Assembly (NCBI GenBank): GCA_039028615.1
Contig: JBCCHT010000002.1
Location: 256,001-320,000, forward strand
Origin: Myxococcota bacterium
GTDB taxonomy: Bacteria > Myxococcota_A > Polyangia > Nannocystales > Nannocystaceae
DNA length: 64,000 nt
Reading direction: 5' to 3'
Under the pieces are notes generated by a model. The model did no database searches and was not told where the DNA came from. It worked only from the letters and a program-made list of their open reading frames with translations. The first letter of the stretch is position 1, and each line of letters begins with the position of its first letter. This document shows, in pieces, positions 47,161-56,250 of the stretch. The translations under genes were made by a program, and so were the position numbers.

Positions 47161-50079
47161 ATGAACGATCGTACCGATCGCACGGATCGTCTCGACGACA
47201 TCTTGCGGGATGCGGCGGAGGGGACCGACGACCCCATGGACGCGCGCATCCTCGCGGCGGTGGAGCATCGACTCTTCGCCACGAAGCTCGAGCCCACCGC
47301 TCGCCTGGGTCGCTATCACATCATCGATCGCATCGGGGCCGGGGGCATGGGCGTGGTCTACCGCGCTCGGGACCCCGAGCTGTCCCGCGACGTGGCGCTC
47401 AAGCTGCTGCTGCGGAGCAACTCGCATAGCGACACCGCCCGCGCTCGCCTGCGCCAAGAAGCCCAGGCCCTGGCCGAGGTCTCGCACCCCAACGTGGTGC
47501 AGGTCTACGACGTGGGCGAAGACGATGCGTCGCTGTTCATCAGCATGGAGCTCATCAAGGGCATCGACCTGCGGCAGTGGCTCGAGGCGGGCGCCAAGCC
47601 CTGGGCCGAAGTCGTCGCGATGTTCCTCGCCACCGGGCGCGGGCTGCAGGCGGCTCACGAGCGCGGCCTGGTGCATCGTGACTTCAAGCCGGCCAACGTG
47701 CTGCTCGGCGAAGACGGTCGGCCTCGCGTCGTCGACTTCGGCCTGGCCTACGTCACGGAGAACACGGGCACCCAGCCGGTCGACACCGACCCCACCAGCT
47801 CGGGTCCGCGTAGCGGAGGGGGACTCACCGAGACCGGCGTCGCGCTCGGGACCCCGGCCTATATGGCCCCCGAGCAACACCTCGGCGTGACGGCGGACGC
47901 ACGCAGCGACCAGTACTCGTTCTGCCTGTCGCTATACGAGTGCCTGTTCCGTCAGCGCCCGTTCGTCGGCGGGTCCGTCCACGAGCTGAGCCGAGCCAAG
48001 CACGAGGTGCAGCCCAGGCCGCCCGCGGGGCACCGCGTCCCCACGGCGGTGGTCAAGGTGGTGCTACGCGGGTTGCGGCCCGAGCCCTCCGGGCGGTGGC
48101 CGAGCATGGGCGCGCTGCTGCACGCGCTCGAAGCCGCCGCGCGCCCTCGTCGTGCGCGCTGGGTGCTGGGCTTGACCCTGGGCGGCACTGGTCTCGCGCT
48201 GGCTTCGGCCTCGGCCCTGACTCCGCCGGAGTCGACGTCGACCGGTTGCCCCCCCGCGGCCGAGCGCCTGATCGGAGTCTGGGACGACGCCCGGATCACC
48301 GCCCTGCACCAAGGCCTGGAGCGCAGCGGCCTCAGCTACGCGGACACCACCTGGCCGCGGCTTCGCTCGCGGCTCGACGACTACGCCGAGACCTGGGGCA
48401 GCGCCTACGAGCAGGCCTGCGAACAGTCGCGCCAGACCGACGCCGACCCCACGCTCTCCGATCGACGCATGCGCTGCCTCGCCGTGCAGCGCGACGAGTT
48501 GGCCAGCCTGATCGACGTGCTCACCACCGCGCAGGGCGACGCGGTGCGCAATGCCATCCGCGCCGCCACCGAGCTGCGACCGGTCTCCGCCTGCGAATCT
48601 CCGGGGCTCATCCCTGCCATCGATCCCGCGCGTGAGGCCGACGCCGACGCGATCCACCGCCAGCTGCTCGAGGCCGACTCGCTCACCAAGATCGCCCAGT
48701 TCGACCGAGCGCTGGAGATCGCCGAGCCGGCGCTCCCGCGAGCGACCGAGCTGGAGCTCGACGCGCTGCGGGCCCGGGCCCTGCTCGTGGTGGGCCGCCT
48801 GCACAAAGCCAAGGGTCAGCCCGACGAAGCGGCCGAGTCGATGTCGGAATCGGCGATGCTGGCCACGTCGATCGGTCTCGACCGGCTGGCGGCCGAAGCC
48901 GCGATCGATCTGGTCGGCATCGCCGGGGCCTGGCGCTCTCGCTACGACGAGGCGATGGAATGGAATCGCCACGCGAAAGCCTCCATCGAGCGCCTCGACG
49001 ACGATCCGGCGCTGGAGGCTGCTCGCCTCCACTCGCTCGGTACGCTGCAGATGTATCTCGGGCACCTGGACGAGGCCATCGACGCGCTTCGGCGCAGCCT
49101 CGCGCTTCGTCGGGCCCAGCTCAGCGAGGCGCACCCCACCGTCGCGTGGGCCCAGTCGACCCTCGGCGATGCCCTGGTTCGAGCCGGCCGCTTCGACGAA
49201 GGCCTCGCCGCCACGCGGGACGCCTTGATCGCGGGGGAGCAGGCGTTCGGGGCCACCCACCCCAGCGTGGGGGTGATGCAATCACGGCTGGCCGTCGCCT
49301 GGATTCGCCAGGGCGACTACGACAAAGCGGCCGAGCACTCGGAACGCGCGGTGTCCATTCTCGAGGAAGCCTTGGGTCCCGAGCACCAAAATACGGTGAG
49401 TCTGACCATCAACCTCGGCCAAGTGGAGCATCGACGTGGCCGGCTCGACCGCGCGCACGAGGTCTATCTGAAGGTTCGCCCGCGGCTCGCCGGAACCTCG
49501 AACGAGGCGGTGGTCCTCGCGGCGCTGACCGACTTGGCGCGCGAGCGGGGCGACCACGAGCAGGCGCTCTCCTTCGCCTCCCAGTCCCGCCGCCTCCGCG
49601 AGTCGCTGTACGGCAATAGCGACACCCGCGTCGCCATCGGCCTGCTGCTCGAAGGCCTGGCCCTCGCGTATGTCGACCGCGACGACGATGCGTTCGCCGC
49701 CTTCGCTCGCGCCCGCGACATCTCGGCTGAAAAGCCCCTGCCCGCCCCCGTGAAGCTCATCCTCGAGGCCTACGAAGGGCGAGCGCACCTGCACGCGGGT
49801 CGCTACGAACAGGCGCTCACCGGTCTGCAGAGCGCCCTCACCCAGCAGCACGAGCTCGGCTCGGAGCCCATCGATCGCGCCGACGTGCGCTTCCACCTGG
49901 TCCGCGCACTGTGGGGAATGAACCGACGCGACGATGCGCTCCGCCAGCTGCGGGCCGTCGACGAAGACCTCGCTCCGCTGGGAGCCATGGCCGAGTATCG
50001 CCGCGAGCCCATTCGGCAGTGGCTTCGAAACGAAGGCATCGACTTCGAGCTGAGTGTAGGGGGTTCCGGCAAGGACTGA
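47161..50079 (+). CDS. Membrane Ser/Thr protein kinase with TPR array
   Basis: GAGGMG, VALK, HRDFKPAN, DFG, APE; TM; TPR repeats (HP.V pattern). Confidence 0.95.
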   Translation: MNDRTDRTDRLDDILRDAAEGTDDPMDARILAAVEHRLFATKLEPTARLGRYHIIDRIGAGGMGVVYRARDPELSRDVALKLLLRSNSHSDTARARLRQEAQALAEVSHPNVVQVYDVGEDDASLFISMELIKGIDLRQWLEAGAKPWAEVVAMFLATGRGLQAAHERGLVHRDFKPANVLLGEDGRPRVVDFGLAYVTENTGTQPVDTDPTSSGPRSGGGLTETGVALGTPAYMAPEQHLGVTADARSDQYSFCLSLYECLFRQRPFVGGSVHELSRAKHEVQPRPPAGHRVPTAVVKVVLRGLRPEPSGRWPSMGALLHALEAAARPRRARWVLGLTLGGTGLALASASALTPPESTSTGCPPAAERLIGVWDDARITALHQGLERSGLSYADTTWPRLRSRLDDYAETWGSAYEQACEQSRQTDADPTLSDRRMRCLAVQRDELASLIDVLTTAQGDAVRNAIRAATELRPVSACESPGLIPAIDPAREADADAIHRQLLEADSLTKIAQFDRALEIAEPALPRATELELDALRARALLVVGRLHKAKGQPDEAAESMSESAMLATSIGLDRLAAEAAIDLVGIAGAWRSRYDEAMEWNRHAKASIERLDDDPALEAARLHSLGTLQMYLGHLDEAIDALRRSLALRRAQLSEAHPTVAWAQSTLGDALVRAGRFDEGLAATRDALIAGEQAFGATHPSVGVMQSRLAVAWIRQGDYDKAAEHSERAVSILEEALGPEHQNTVSLTINLGQVEHRRGRLDRAHEVYLKVRPRLAGTSNEAVVLAALTDLARERGDHEQALSFASQSRRLRESLYGNSDTRVAIGLLLEGLALAYVDRDDDAFAAFARARDISAEKPLPAPVKLILEAYEGRAHLHAGRYEQALTGLQSALTQQHELGSEPIDRADVRFHLVRALWGMNRRDDALRQLRAVDEDLAPLGAMAEYRREPIRQWLRNEGIDFELSVGGSGKD

Positions 50080-50134
50080 GCCGTCCCCCCACCTCGACGA
50101 CGCGCCGGGTTGCTGGCTACAGTGGGTGCCCGGC

Positions 50135-53089
50135 ATGACCGAGACCCGGCCCGACGACGGAGCAACCGACTCCGGCGCATCGTCATCGACCCCCGAAGCG
50201 GAGCTGGGGCTGGCGGGTCGCCGCGGCCTGGCCGAGCTGTTGTCGAACGCGTTCGGTCACCCGCAAACGACGGAGGACTTCGGCCGCTACGAGATCGGGC
50301 GTCGGCTCGGCTCGGGAGCGTTCGGCGAGGTCTACGAGGCGGTCGACCCCCGGCTCGACCGCAAGGTCGCGATCAAGCTGCTGCACCGCGGAGCCAGCCA
50401 CACGAACATCGAGCGCCTCCGTCGAGAGGCCCGCGCGATGGCCCAGGTCCAGCACCCGGCCCTGGTCGACGTGTACGAGGTCGGCCAGGTCCGGGACCGA
50501 GACTTCATCGCGATGGAGCTGGTGGTGGGCACCACCCTCGCCGACTGGGCCCTGGCCCATCCCCCCACGGAGCAGGGGCGCTGGCGCAGAGCGCTCGAGC
50601 TGCTGATGGAGGCGGGACGAGGCCTGGCCGCAGCCCATGCCCGCGGCCTCGTCCACCGCGACTTCAAGCCGGCCAACGTGCTCGTGAGCGACGACGGGCA
50701 AGCCAAGGTCGCCGACTTCGGTCTCGCCCGCATCGGCGCCACCGAAGCCTCGCACGAGGACATCACCAACCCCGGCGACCTGAGCGACTCGGCCTCCCTC
50801 GGCGAAGGCGCGCTCACGCGGACGGGCGCGATCATGGGTACGCCGCGCTACATGTCGCCCGAGCAGCACCTCGGTCGTCGCGTCGAAGCCCATAGTGACC
50901 AGTTCAGCTTCGCGGTGACCGCCTTTTGGGTGCTGCACGGGAACGCCCCCTTTGCCGGAGAGACCCTCACCGCCATCCTCGACTCGATCGAAGACCAGCG
51001 CTTCGAGCCGCCCGCCGTCGCCCAGATTCCTCGAGCGGTCAACACGGTGCTGCGGCGCGCGATGGCCTTGCACCCCGCCGACCGCTACCGGTCGATGGAC
51101 GCCCTGCTCGAGGCCCTGCAACGCGCGAGCGCGCCCCGTCGACTCTGGCCCTTGGTGGCGGTCGGCTCTGCGGCAGCGCTCGCGGTCACCCTCGGGGTGG
51201 TGCTGACGTCTCCCGACGAAGCCACCCATCCCCCCTGCGACCTCGACACGGCGCGAAAACAGGCGGCCACCGCCTGGAACCCCACGCGACGCAAGGCGGT
51301 CGTCGCCGCGTTGGAAGCCACCGGGGTGCCCTATGTCGAGGCCACCGTGCGCGGCATCGACGAGAACCTCGATGCCCGAGCCGAGCGATGGGTGCAGGCC
51401 CGGGCCCATGCCTGCCAGTCGACGTGGATCGAGCAGTCCGAGCCGGAGGAGGTCTTCGATCGCCGAGTGAGCTGCCTGCGGGACGACCTGGCGGACACCG
51501 ATGCCCTGGTCACGCTGCTCGAATCGGCCACGCCGAAGCTGGCCGAGCGCGCCGTGTCGGCCGTGGCGAGGCTCCCGGACCCGAGCCGATGCACCCAGGA
51601 AAACCGAGCCGCCCGCAGCGAGACGCCGCACGCGGGAGAGCTGCGTCGACGGCTCTCCACCGCTCGCGCCGCTCACTTGCTGGCCGAGTACACGAGCGCG
51701 CGGGAGGAAGCCCAAGCCATCGCCGCGTATGCCGAACAGGCGGGTCTGCGCAGCGTCCACGGGGATGCCCTCGAGCTGTGGGCCAAGGCCCAGTCCGCCA
51801 TCCAGCCCGGCTCGGCGCGCACGCAGATCACCGCCGCGTTCGAAGTCGCGGTGCAGCTCGATGAAAACGAAGCCGCCGCGAACCGAGCGCTGTCGGCCGC
51901 CTCGATGCTGGTCGACGAGTTCCCGGAAGAAGCCACGCAGTGGATGCGCCACGCCCACGCAGCACTCGACCGAGTCACCGCGCCCGGCATGGAGCTGCGG
52001 GCCCGCGCCGAGAAGATTCAGTGCCTCGTCAGCGGGACGCTGGGCAACTTCGAGGAGGCGCTGGGGCACTGCGAGCGCGCGATGGAGCTGGCGCAGCAGA
52101 TCCCCGAGCCGGCCGCCGACGCCCGCTGGGGCGTGACCATGACCACCGCCAACGCGCTGCGAGACCTCGGCCGCGAGCGAGAGGCGGTCACCCTGCTCGA
52201 GCGACTGCGCAGCGAGGCGATCGAGCGCAACGGGGCCAACCACCCGCGAGTCGGCGGCGCCACCATGAACCTGGGCAACAGTGCCAAGGTCGCGGGTGAT
52301 GTCGATCGGGCGGTCGCGCTCTACAAAGAAGCCGAGAAGATCTTCTCCATCGCCTACGGTCCCGACCACCCCTGGGTCGTCTCGAGCCTGCTCAACCGCG
52401 GCGGGGCCGAGCTGTCGCGACGCAACGTCGACGAGTCGGCCGCCGTGTTCTCGCGAGCCCTGGAGCTGTGCGGCGATCGGGAGGACTCCCGCACGATCCG
52501 CGTGATGCGGATGCTGGCCGAGTCGCGACGACACCAAGGTCGCTACGACTTGTCGCTGGAGCTGCTGACCCGGGTCACCGCGCTCGAGGACGAGCTGCTC
52601 CCGGACGACCACCCCCATCGGTCCTTCACCCATCACAACCGGGGGATGATCTATCTGATGCAGGGCGACCTCGAGTCGGCGCGCAAGGACTTCGAGCGCT
52701 CGCTCGAGCTGCATGTGGGCGCTCCGAACACGGCCCGCGCCGCGCAGAGCCACACCCAGCTCGCCAAGGTCGCGATGATGCAGGAGCGCATGGAAGACGC
52801 CGACGCGTCGATCGGGCGAGCGCTGGCAATCCTTCGGCAGGTCACCGTGTCTCCCACCGACCTCGCCGCGGTCTTGCTCCGTCAGGCCGAGGTCTTCATC
52901 GAGCTCGAGCGCTTCGAAGCCGCGCAGAGAAACCTCGATGAAGCCGCGCCCCTCATCGACAAGGCGACACCCGAGCTGAAGCAGGACCTCCCCGAAGCGC
53001 TGGTCGAGATCTCCGCGCGCATTCCTCCCCGAGTGCAAAACGCAGGTTCTGCCGACGTTCAACGAGGATCATCGCGCCTGTCCCAATGA
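50135..53089 (+). CDS. Membrane Ser/Thr protein kinase with TPR array
   Basis: GSGAFG, VAIK, HRDFKPAN, DFG, SPE; TM; TPR repeats. Start is ATG 50135 or GTG 50126. Confidence 0.95.
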   Translation: MTETRPDDGATDSGASSSTPEAELGLAGRRGLAELLSNAFGHPQTTEDFGRYEIGRRLGSGAFGEVYEAVDPRLDRKVAIKLLHRGASHTNIERLRREARAMAQVQHPALVDVYEVGQVRDRDFIAMELVVGTTLADWALAHPPTEQGRWRRALELLMEAGRGLAAAHARGLVHRDFKPANVLVSDDGQAKVADFGLARIGATEASHEDITNPGDLSDSASLGEGALTRTGAIMGTPRYMSPEQHLGRRVEAHSDQFSFAVTAFWVLHGNAPFAGETLTAILDSIEDQRFEPPAVAQIPRAVNTVLRRAMALHPADRYRSMDALLEALQRASAPRRLWPLVAVGSAAALAVTLGVVLTSPDEATHPPCDLDTARKQAATAWNPTRRKAVVAALEATGVPYVEATVRGIDENLDARAERWVQARAHACQSTWIEQSEPEEVFDRRVSCLRDDLADTDALVTLLESATPKLAERAVSAVARLPDPSRCTQENRAARSETPHAGELRRRLSTARAAHLLAEYTSAREEAQAIAAYAEQAGLRSVHGDALELWAKAQSAIQPGSARTQITAAFEVAVQLDENEAAANRALSAASMLVDEFPEEATQWMRHAHAALDRVTAPGMELRARAEKIQCLVSGTLGNFEEALGHCERAMELAQQIPEPAADARWGVTMTTANALRDLGREREAVTLLERLRSEAIERNGANHPRVGGATMNLGNSAKVAGDVDRAVALYKEAEKIFSIAYGPDHPWVVSSLLNRGGAELSRRNVDESAAVFSRALELCGDREDSRTIRVMRMLAESRRHQGRYDLSLELLTRVTALEDELLPDDHPHRSFTHHNRGMIYLMQGDLESARKDFERSLELHVGAPNTARAAQSHTQLAKVAMMQERMEDADASIGRALAILRQVTVSPTDLAAVLLRQAEVFIELERFEAAQRNLDEAAPLIDKATPELKQDLPEALVEISARIPPRVQNAGSADVQRGSSRLSQ

Positions 53090-53228
53090 TGCTCCGTCGT
53101 CCGTTCGAACATCCTCAACGGCGGATTTAAACCACACAAAACAATCGCGACAGGTGAGGAAAATCCTGCATTCCTGGACGTTTGGGGGCCACATTCCAGG
53201 GCTCTTACCCGTGCATCTGCGAAGTCCC

Positions 53229-54446
53229 GTGAAGCGCTTCATTCTCACCACCCTCCCCATCCTGCCTCTCGTCGTGTCCGTGACCGCATGCGGTGACGAT
53301 GGCGACCCCGCGATCGAGGAGGGCACGGGCACCGGCTCCGTGGACACCGGAACACCCACGCCCGCCGAGTCCGGCGATGTCGTCGACGAGTCGGGAGATT
53401 CCGGTACCGCGGCTGACACCACGGGTGAGGAGCAAAGCGGCATTCCGGTCCTCGGTGATCTCGGCCACACGCTCGACGACGTCGTGCTCGAGGTAATCGC
53501 GACCGGCCTCGAGACCCCGACCGACGCCGAGTTCAATCCCGATGCGCCCGAGGAGCTGTGGGTCCTCAACCGCAACAGCTCGGTCATGATCGTCAGCAAC
53601 CCGGGCGAGGCCAACCAGGCGGAGCTGATGCGAATCGGCACCACCTTCAACAACGGGACGCACTTCCTGGCCAAGCCCGCCGCGCTGGCCTTCGGGCAGC
53701 CGGGCTCCATGGCCACCGCGCAGCAGGAAGACCAGATCACGCAGCCCTCGACGCCGGCCGACTTCATGGGCCCCACCCTGTGGACCAGCGACAGCGCCAT
53801 CTTCGACGCGGGCCACCCCTCGCACCTCGACATGCTGCACAACAGCCCGCTCGCGTCGGGCATCGCGTGGGAGCAGGGCAACGTCTACTGGGTCTACGAC
53901 GGCACCCACGGCTCGCTCACCCGCTACAACTTCAACGAGGACCATGACCTCGGCGGCACCGACCACACCGACGGTGAGCTCCAGCGCTACGCCGACGGCC
54001 AGCTCGGCTACCAGCCCGGCGTGGTGCACCACGTGGTCGTGCACCACGAGGCGGCGCTCGTGTACGCGGCCGACCCCGCCAACAACCGCGTCGTCGCGCT
54101 CGACCCCTCCGTCGGCAACCCCGGCGGAGCGATCGCGCCCAACTACGACGGCACCACGCAGACGATGATCGACGGCTCCTCCGTCACCACGCTGATCGAC
54201 GGCGCCACGCTCGAAGCGGCCATGGAGATGCCCTCGGGCTTGGAGATGGACGACGGCTACCTGTTCGTCACCGACAGCGCGACCTCGGTCATCTTCGGCT
54301 TCGACTTCGACGGCAACCTCGTCGACTGGCTCGACACCGGGTGGCCCGCCGGCACCTTGATGGGCATCGCGTTCGACGACGAGGGTCGCCTCTACGCCGT
54401 CGACGCGGTGATGAACCAGCTGGTCCGCATCTCGCCCGCCGAGTAG
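53229..54446 (+). CDS. Hypothetical beta-propeller-like lipoprotein
   Basis: Lipobox VTAC; acidic linker; NHL-like blades (PTDAEF, GIAWE, PSGLE, GIAFD); His-rich motifs THFL, FMGPTLW, SHLDMLH. Confidence 0.78.
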   Translation: MKRFILTTLPILPLVVSVTACGDDGDPAIEEGTGTGSVDTGTPTPAESGDVVDESGDSGTAADTTGEEQSGIPVLGDLGHTLDDVVLEVIATGLETPTDAEFNPDAPEELWVLNRNSSVMIVSNPGEANQAELMRIGTTFNNGTHFLAKPAALAFGQPGSMATAQQEDQITQPSTPADFMGPTLWTSDSAIFDAGHPSHLDMLHNSPLASGIAWEQGNVYWVYDGTHGSLTRYNFNEDHDLGGTDHTDGELQRYADGQLGYQPGVVHHVVVHHEAALVYAADPANNRVVALDPSVGNPGGAIAPNYDGTTQTMIDGSSVTTLIDGATLEAAMEMPSGLEMDDGYLFVTDSATSVIFGFDFDGNLVDWLDTGWPAGTLMGIAFDDEGRLYAVDAVMNQLVRISPAE

Positions 54447-54453
54447 CGACGCG

Positions 54454-55602
54454 ATGCTGCGACCGCGCTCGACAGCGACGAGACGAGCCGGGCTCGCGAC
54501 CCTCGTGGTGGTCGCGAGCGCCTGGTCCGTCGACGCGAGCGCGCATCCCAACACCCCGGTGCCCCTGTTCGGCGAGGTCCCCTGCATGACCGTCGTCGAC
54601 CAGGCGGGGGCGCCCGTGGTCGAGCTTCCCTACGCCATCGAGAAGCCGACGGGCGAGATTCCGCCCGACAACTCGGAGCTCGAGGACAACCACACCCTCC
54701 AGTTCTTCGCGCTCGAGCGGGCCTTCCCCGGCATCTCGCCCAACTGGATCGGCGAGTACGACCTCGACCGCGTGGAGGCGCTGGGCATCGTGGACCCGGA
54801 CCAGCTGCTGCCCGAGCACGTGCTCGAGTGGACGCCCGATCTCGACGCCGACGAGTGGTACCGCATCGTCCCCGACGACGCCCGCCTGCCGCTGACGCCC
54901 ACGCCGAAGACCACCATCGCCTGGGACACCACCGACAACGACCCCGGCGCCTACCTCGTCTACGGCTATAGCTGGGAGCCCCCCATCAACCTGTGGACGC
55001 CCCGCTTCGGTGCGGTGCGGCTGCTCGCCGATGGCAACGACCCCGCCAGCGGCGGACCGGCGGTGTTCTTGGCCGTCGACCTGGGCGCGACCGTGGACGC
55101 GGGTGACGACTACACGGTGCGCGGGTGCTTCGACGCCGCGCCGGGGAGCGAGCTCGTGCTGACCTGGGCCGCGCGCGTGCCCGAGCCCGAGTGGGAGTGG
55201 AACGAGTTTGCGCGCCTCGAGGTGCAGGCCGGCGAGCTCGAGGTGCTGCTGCCCACCACCCCCGACCTCGCGCTGCAGACACTCGCGATCCGAGCCGACA
55301 TCGTCGACCCGCAAGGACGCGCGTCGTCGGCGATGGCCCCCGTCGGCGTGGACGTACGCCCCGGCCCGCCCGTGGAGACCGATGGCGACTCGACCGGCGG
55401 CGACACGGACGACGAGACCGGCGACGGAAGCTCGACCGGACTGGGCGACGGCGGCAGCTCCGAGGGCACGGGCACCGCCCCTGGCTCCGATGGTGGAGGC
55501 GATGGGTGCTCCTGCCGTCAGTCTTCGGGAGGCGACGACGCGCTCGGTTGGCTCGGCCTGCTCGGCTTGCTCGGCTTGATGCGACGCCGCTCGCTCCGTT
55601 GA
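54454..55602 (+). CDS. Secreted protein with a MYXO-CTERM sorting signal
   Basis: Signal peptide ending ASA-H; Gly/Ser/Thr/Asp linker; terminal GCSC...LGWLGLLGLLGLMRRR. Confidence 0.85.
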   Translation: MLRPRSTATRRAGLATLVVVASAWSVDASAHPNTPVPLFGEVPCMTVVDQAGAPVVELPYAIEKPTGEIPPDNSELEDNHTLQFFALERAFPGISPNWIGEYDLDRVEALGIVDPDQLLPEHVLEWTPDLDADEWYRIVPDDARLPLTPTPKTTIAWDTTDNDPGAYLVYGYSWEPPINLWTPRFGAVRLLADGNDPASGGPAVFLAVDLGATVDAGDDYTVRGCFDAAPGSELVLTWAARVPEPEWEWNEFARLEVQAGELEVLLPTTPDLALQTLAIRADIVDPQGRASSAMAPVGVDVRPGPPVETDGDSTGGDTDDETGDGSSTGLGDGGSSEGTGTAPGSDGGGDGCSCRQSSGGDDALGWLGLLGLLGLMRRRSLR

Positions 55603-55647
55603 TACCGAACGCTTCACAGCTCGCCCCCGTGTTAGCGTCGGGGTGCG

Positions 55648-56247
55648 ATGGGTTTGTTCGGCCGGCTGTTCAAGAAGAAGGAACCCCTCAACAACTGCGA
55701 CTGGTGCGGGACCGACTTCGCCGAGGCCGGCACCGAGTCCGGGGGCCTGCTCTTTTGCAGCGCGGCGTGTGTGGAGGCCAAGGACGCCCCCGCGGTGGAG
55801 CGCACGCAGCGAGCCGTGCACCAAGCTCGCGAGCTGACCGTCGACGAAGCCCGCAGCGCCCTGAAGCTGGCTCGCGACGAGCTCGTCCACTTCGCGAAGT
55901 TCCTCGAGAACGGGCTGAACGACGACCGCATCGACGGTTCCCCCAACCTGGAGGCGGAGACCAACCAGCGGGAGTTCGAGCTGTGGCGTAGCCTCGACGA
56001 CGTCCGGCAGGTCGCCGTACGGGAGCAGCTCAACGTCGGCGGCTACGATGCGCTGCGGGAGCGTAGTGTGGTCAACACCATCGAGATCCGTCGGGACTCG
56101 GACGTTTCGCTCGGGCTCGGCCTCACCGGGCCCAAGCTCCGCCGGACGTCGAGCGTCACCGCCGACTTCGCGGCGGGGAACATCGAGCGAATGGCCGAGG
56201 CGATCGAGGCGCTCGAAGCAACGTTTCGAGGCCTCGGTCTGCGGTGA
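55648..56247 (+). CDS. Hypothetical protein with an N-terminal TRASH/MYM-like Cys motif
   Basis: MGLFGRLFKKK, then CDWC...FCSAAC, then a helical region. Confidence 0.7.
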   Translation: MGLFGRLFKKKEPLNNCDWCGTDFAEAGTESGGLLFCSAACVEAKDAPAVERTQRAVHQARELTVDEARSALKLARDELVHFAKFLENGLNDDRIDGSPNLEAETNQREFELWRSLDDVRQVAVREQLNVGGYDALRERSVVNTIEIRRDSDVSLGLGLTGPKLRRTSSVTADFAAGNIERMAEAIEALEATFRGLGLR

Positions 56248-56250
56248 GCC

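Noticed and set aside
50183..53062. Long antisense ORFs (also 3971-6391, 14343-16631, 43420-45432, 60913-62736)
   Set aside because: Expected stop-poor antisense frames in high-GC coding DNA; no motifs, and each lies opposite a well-supported gene.
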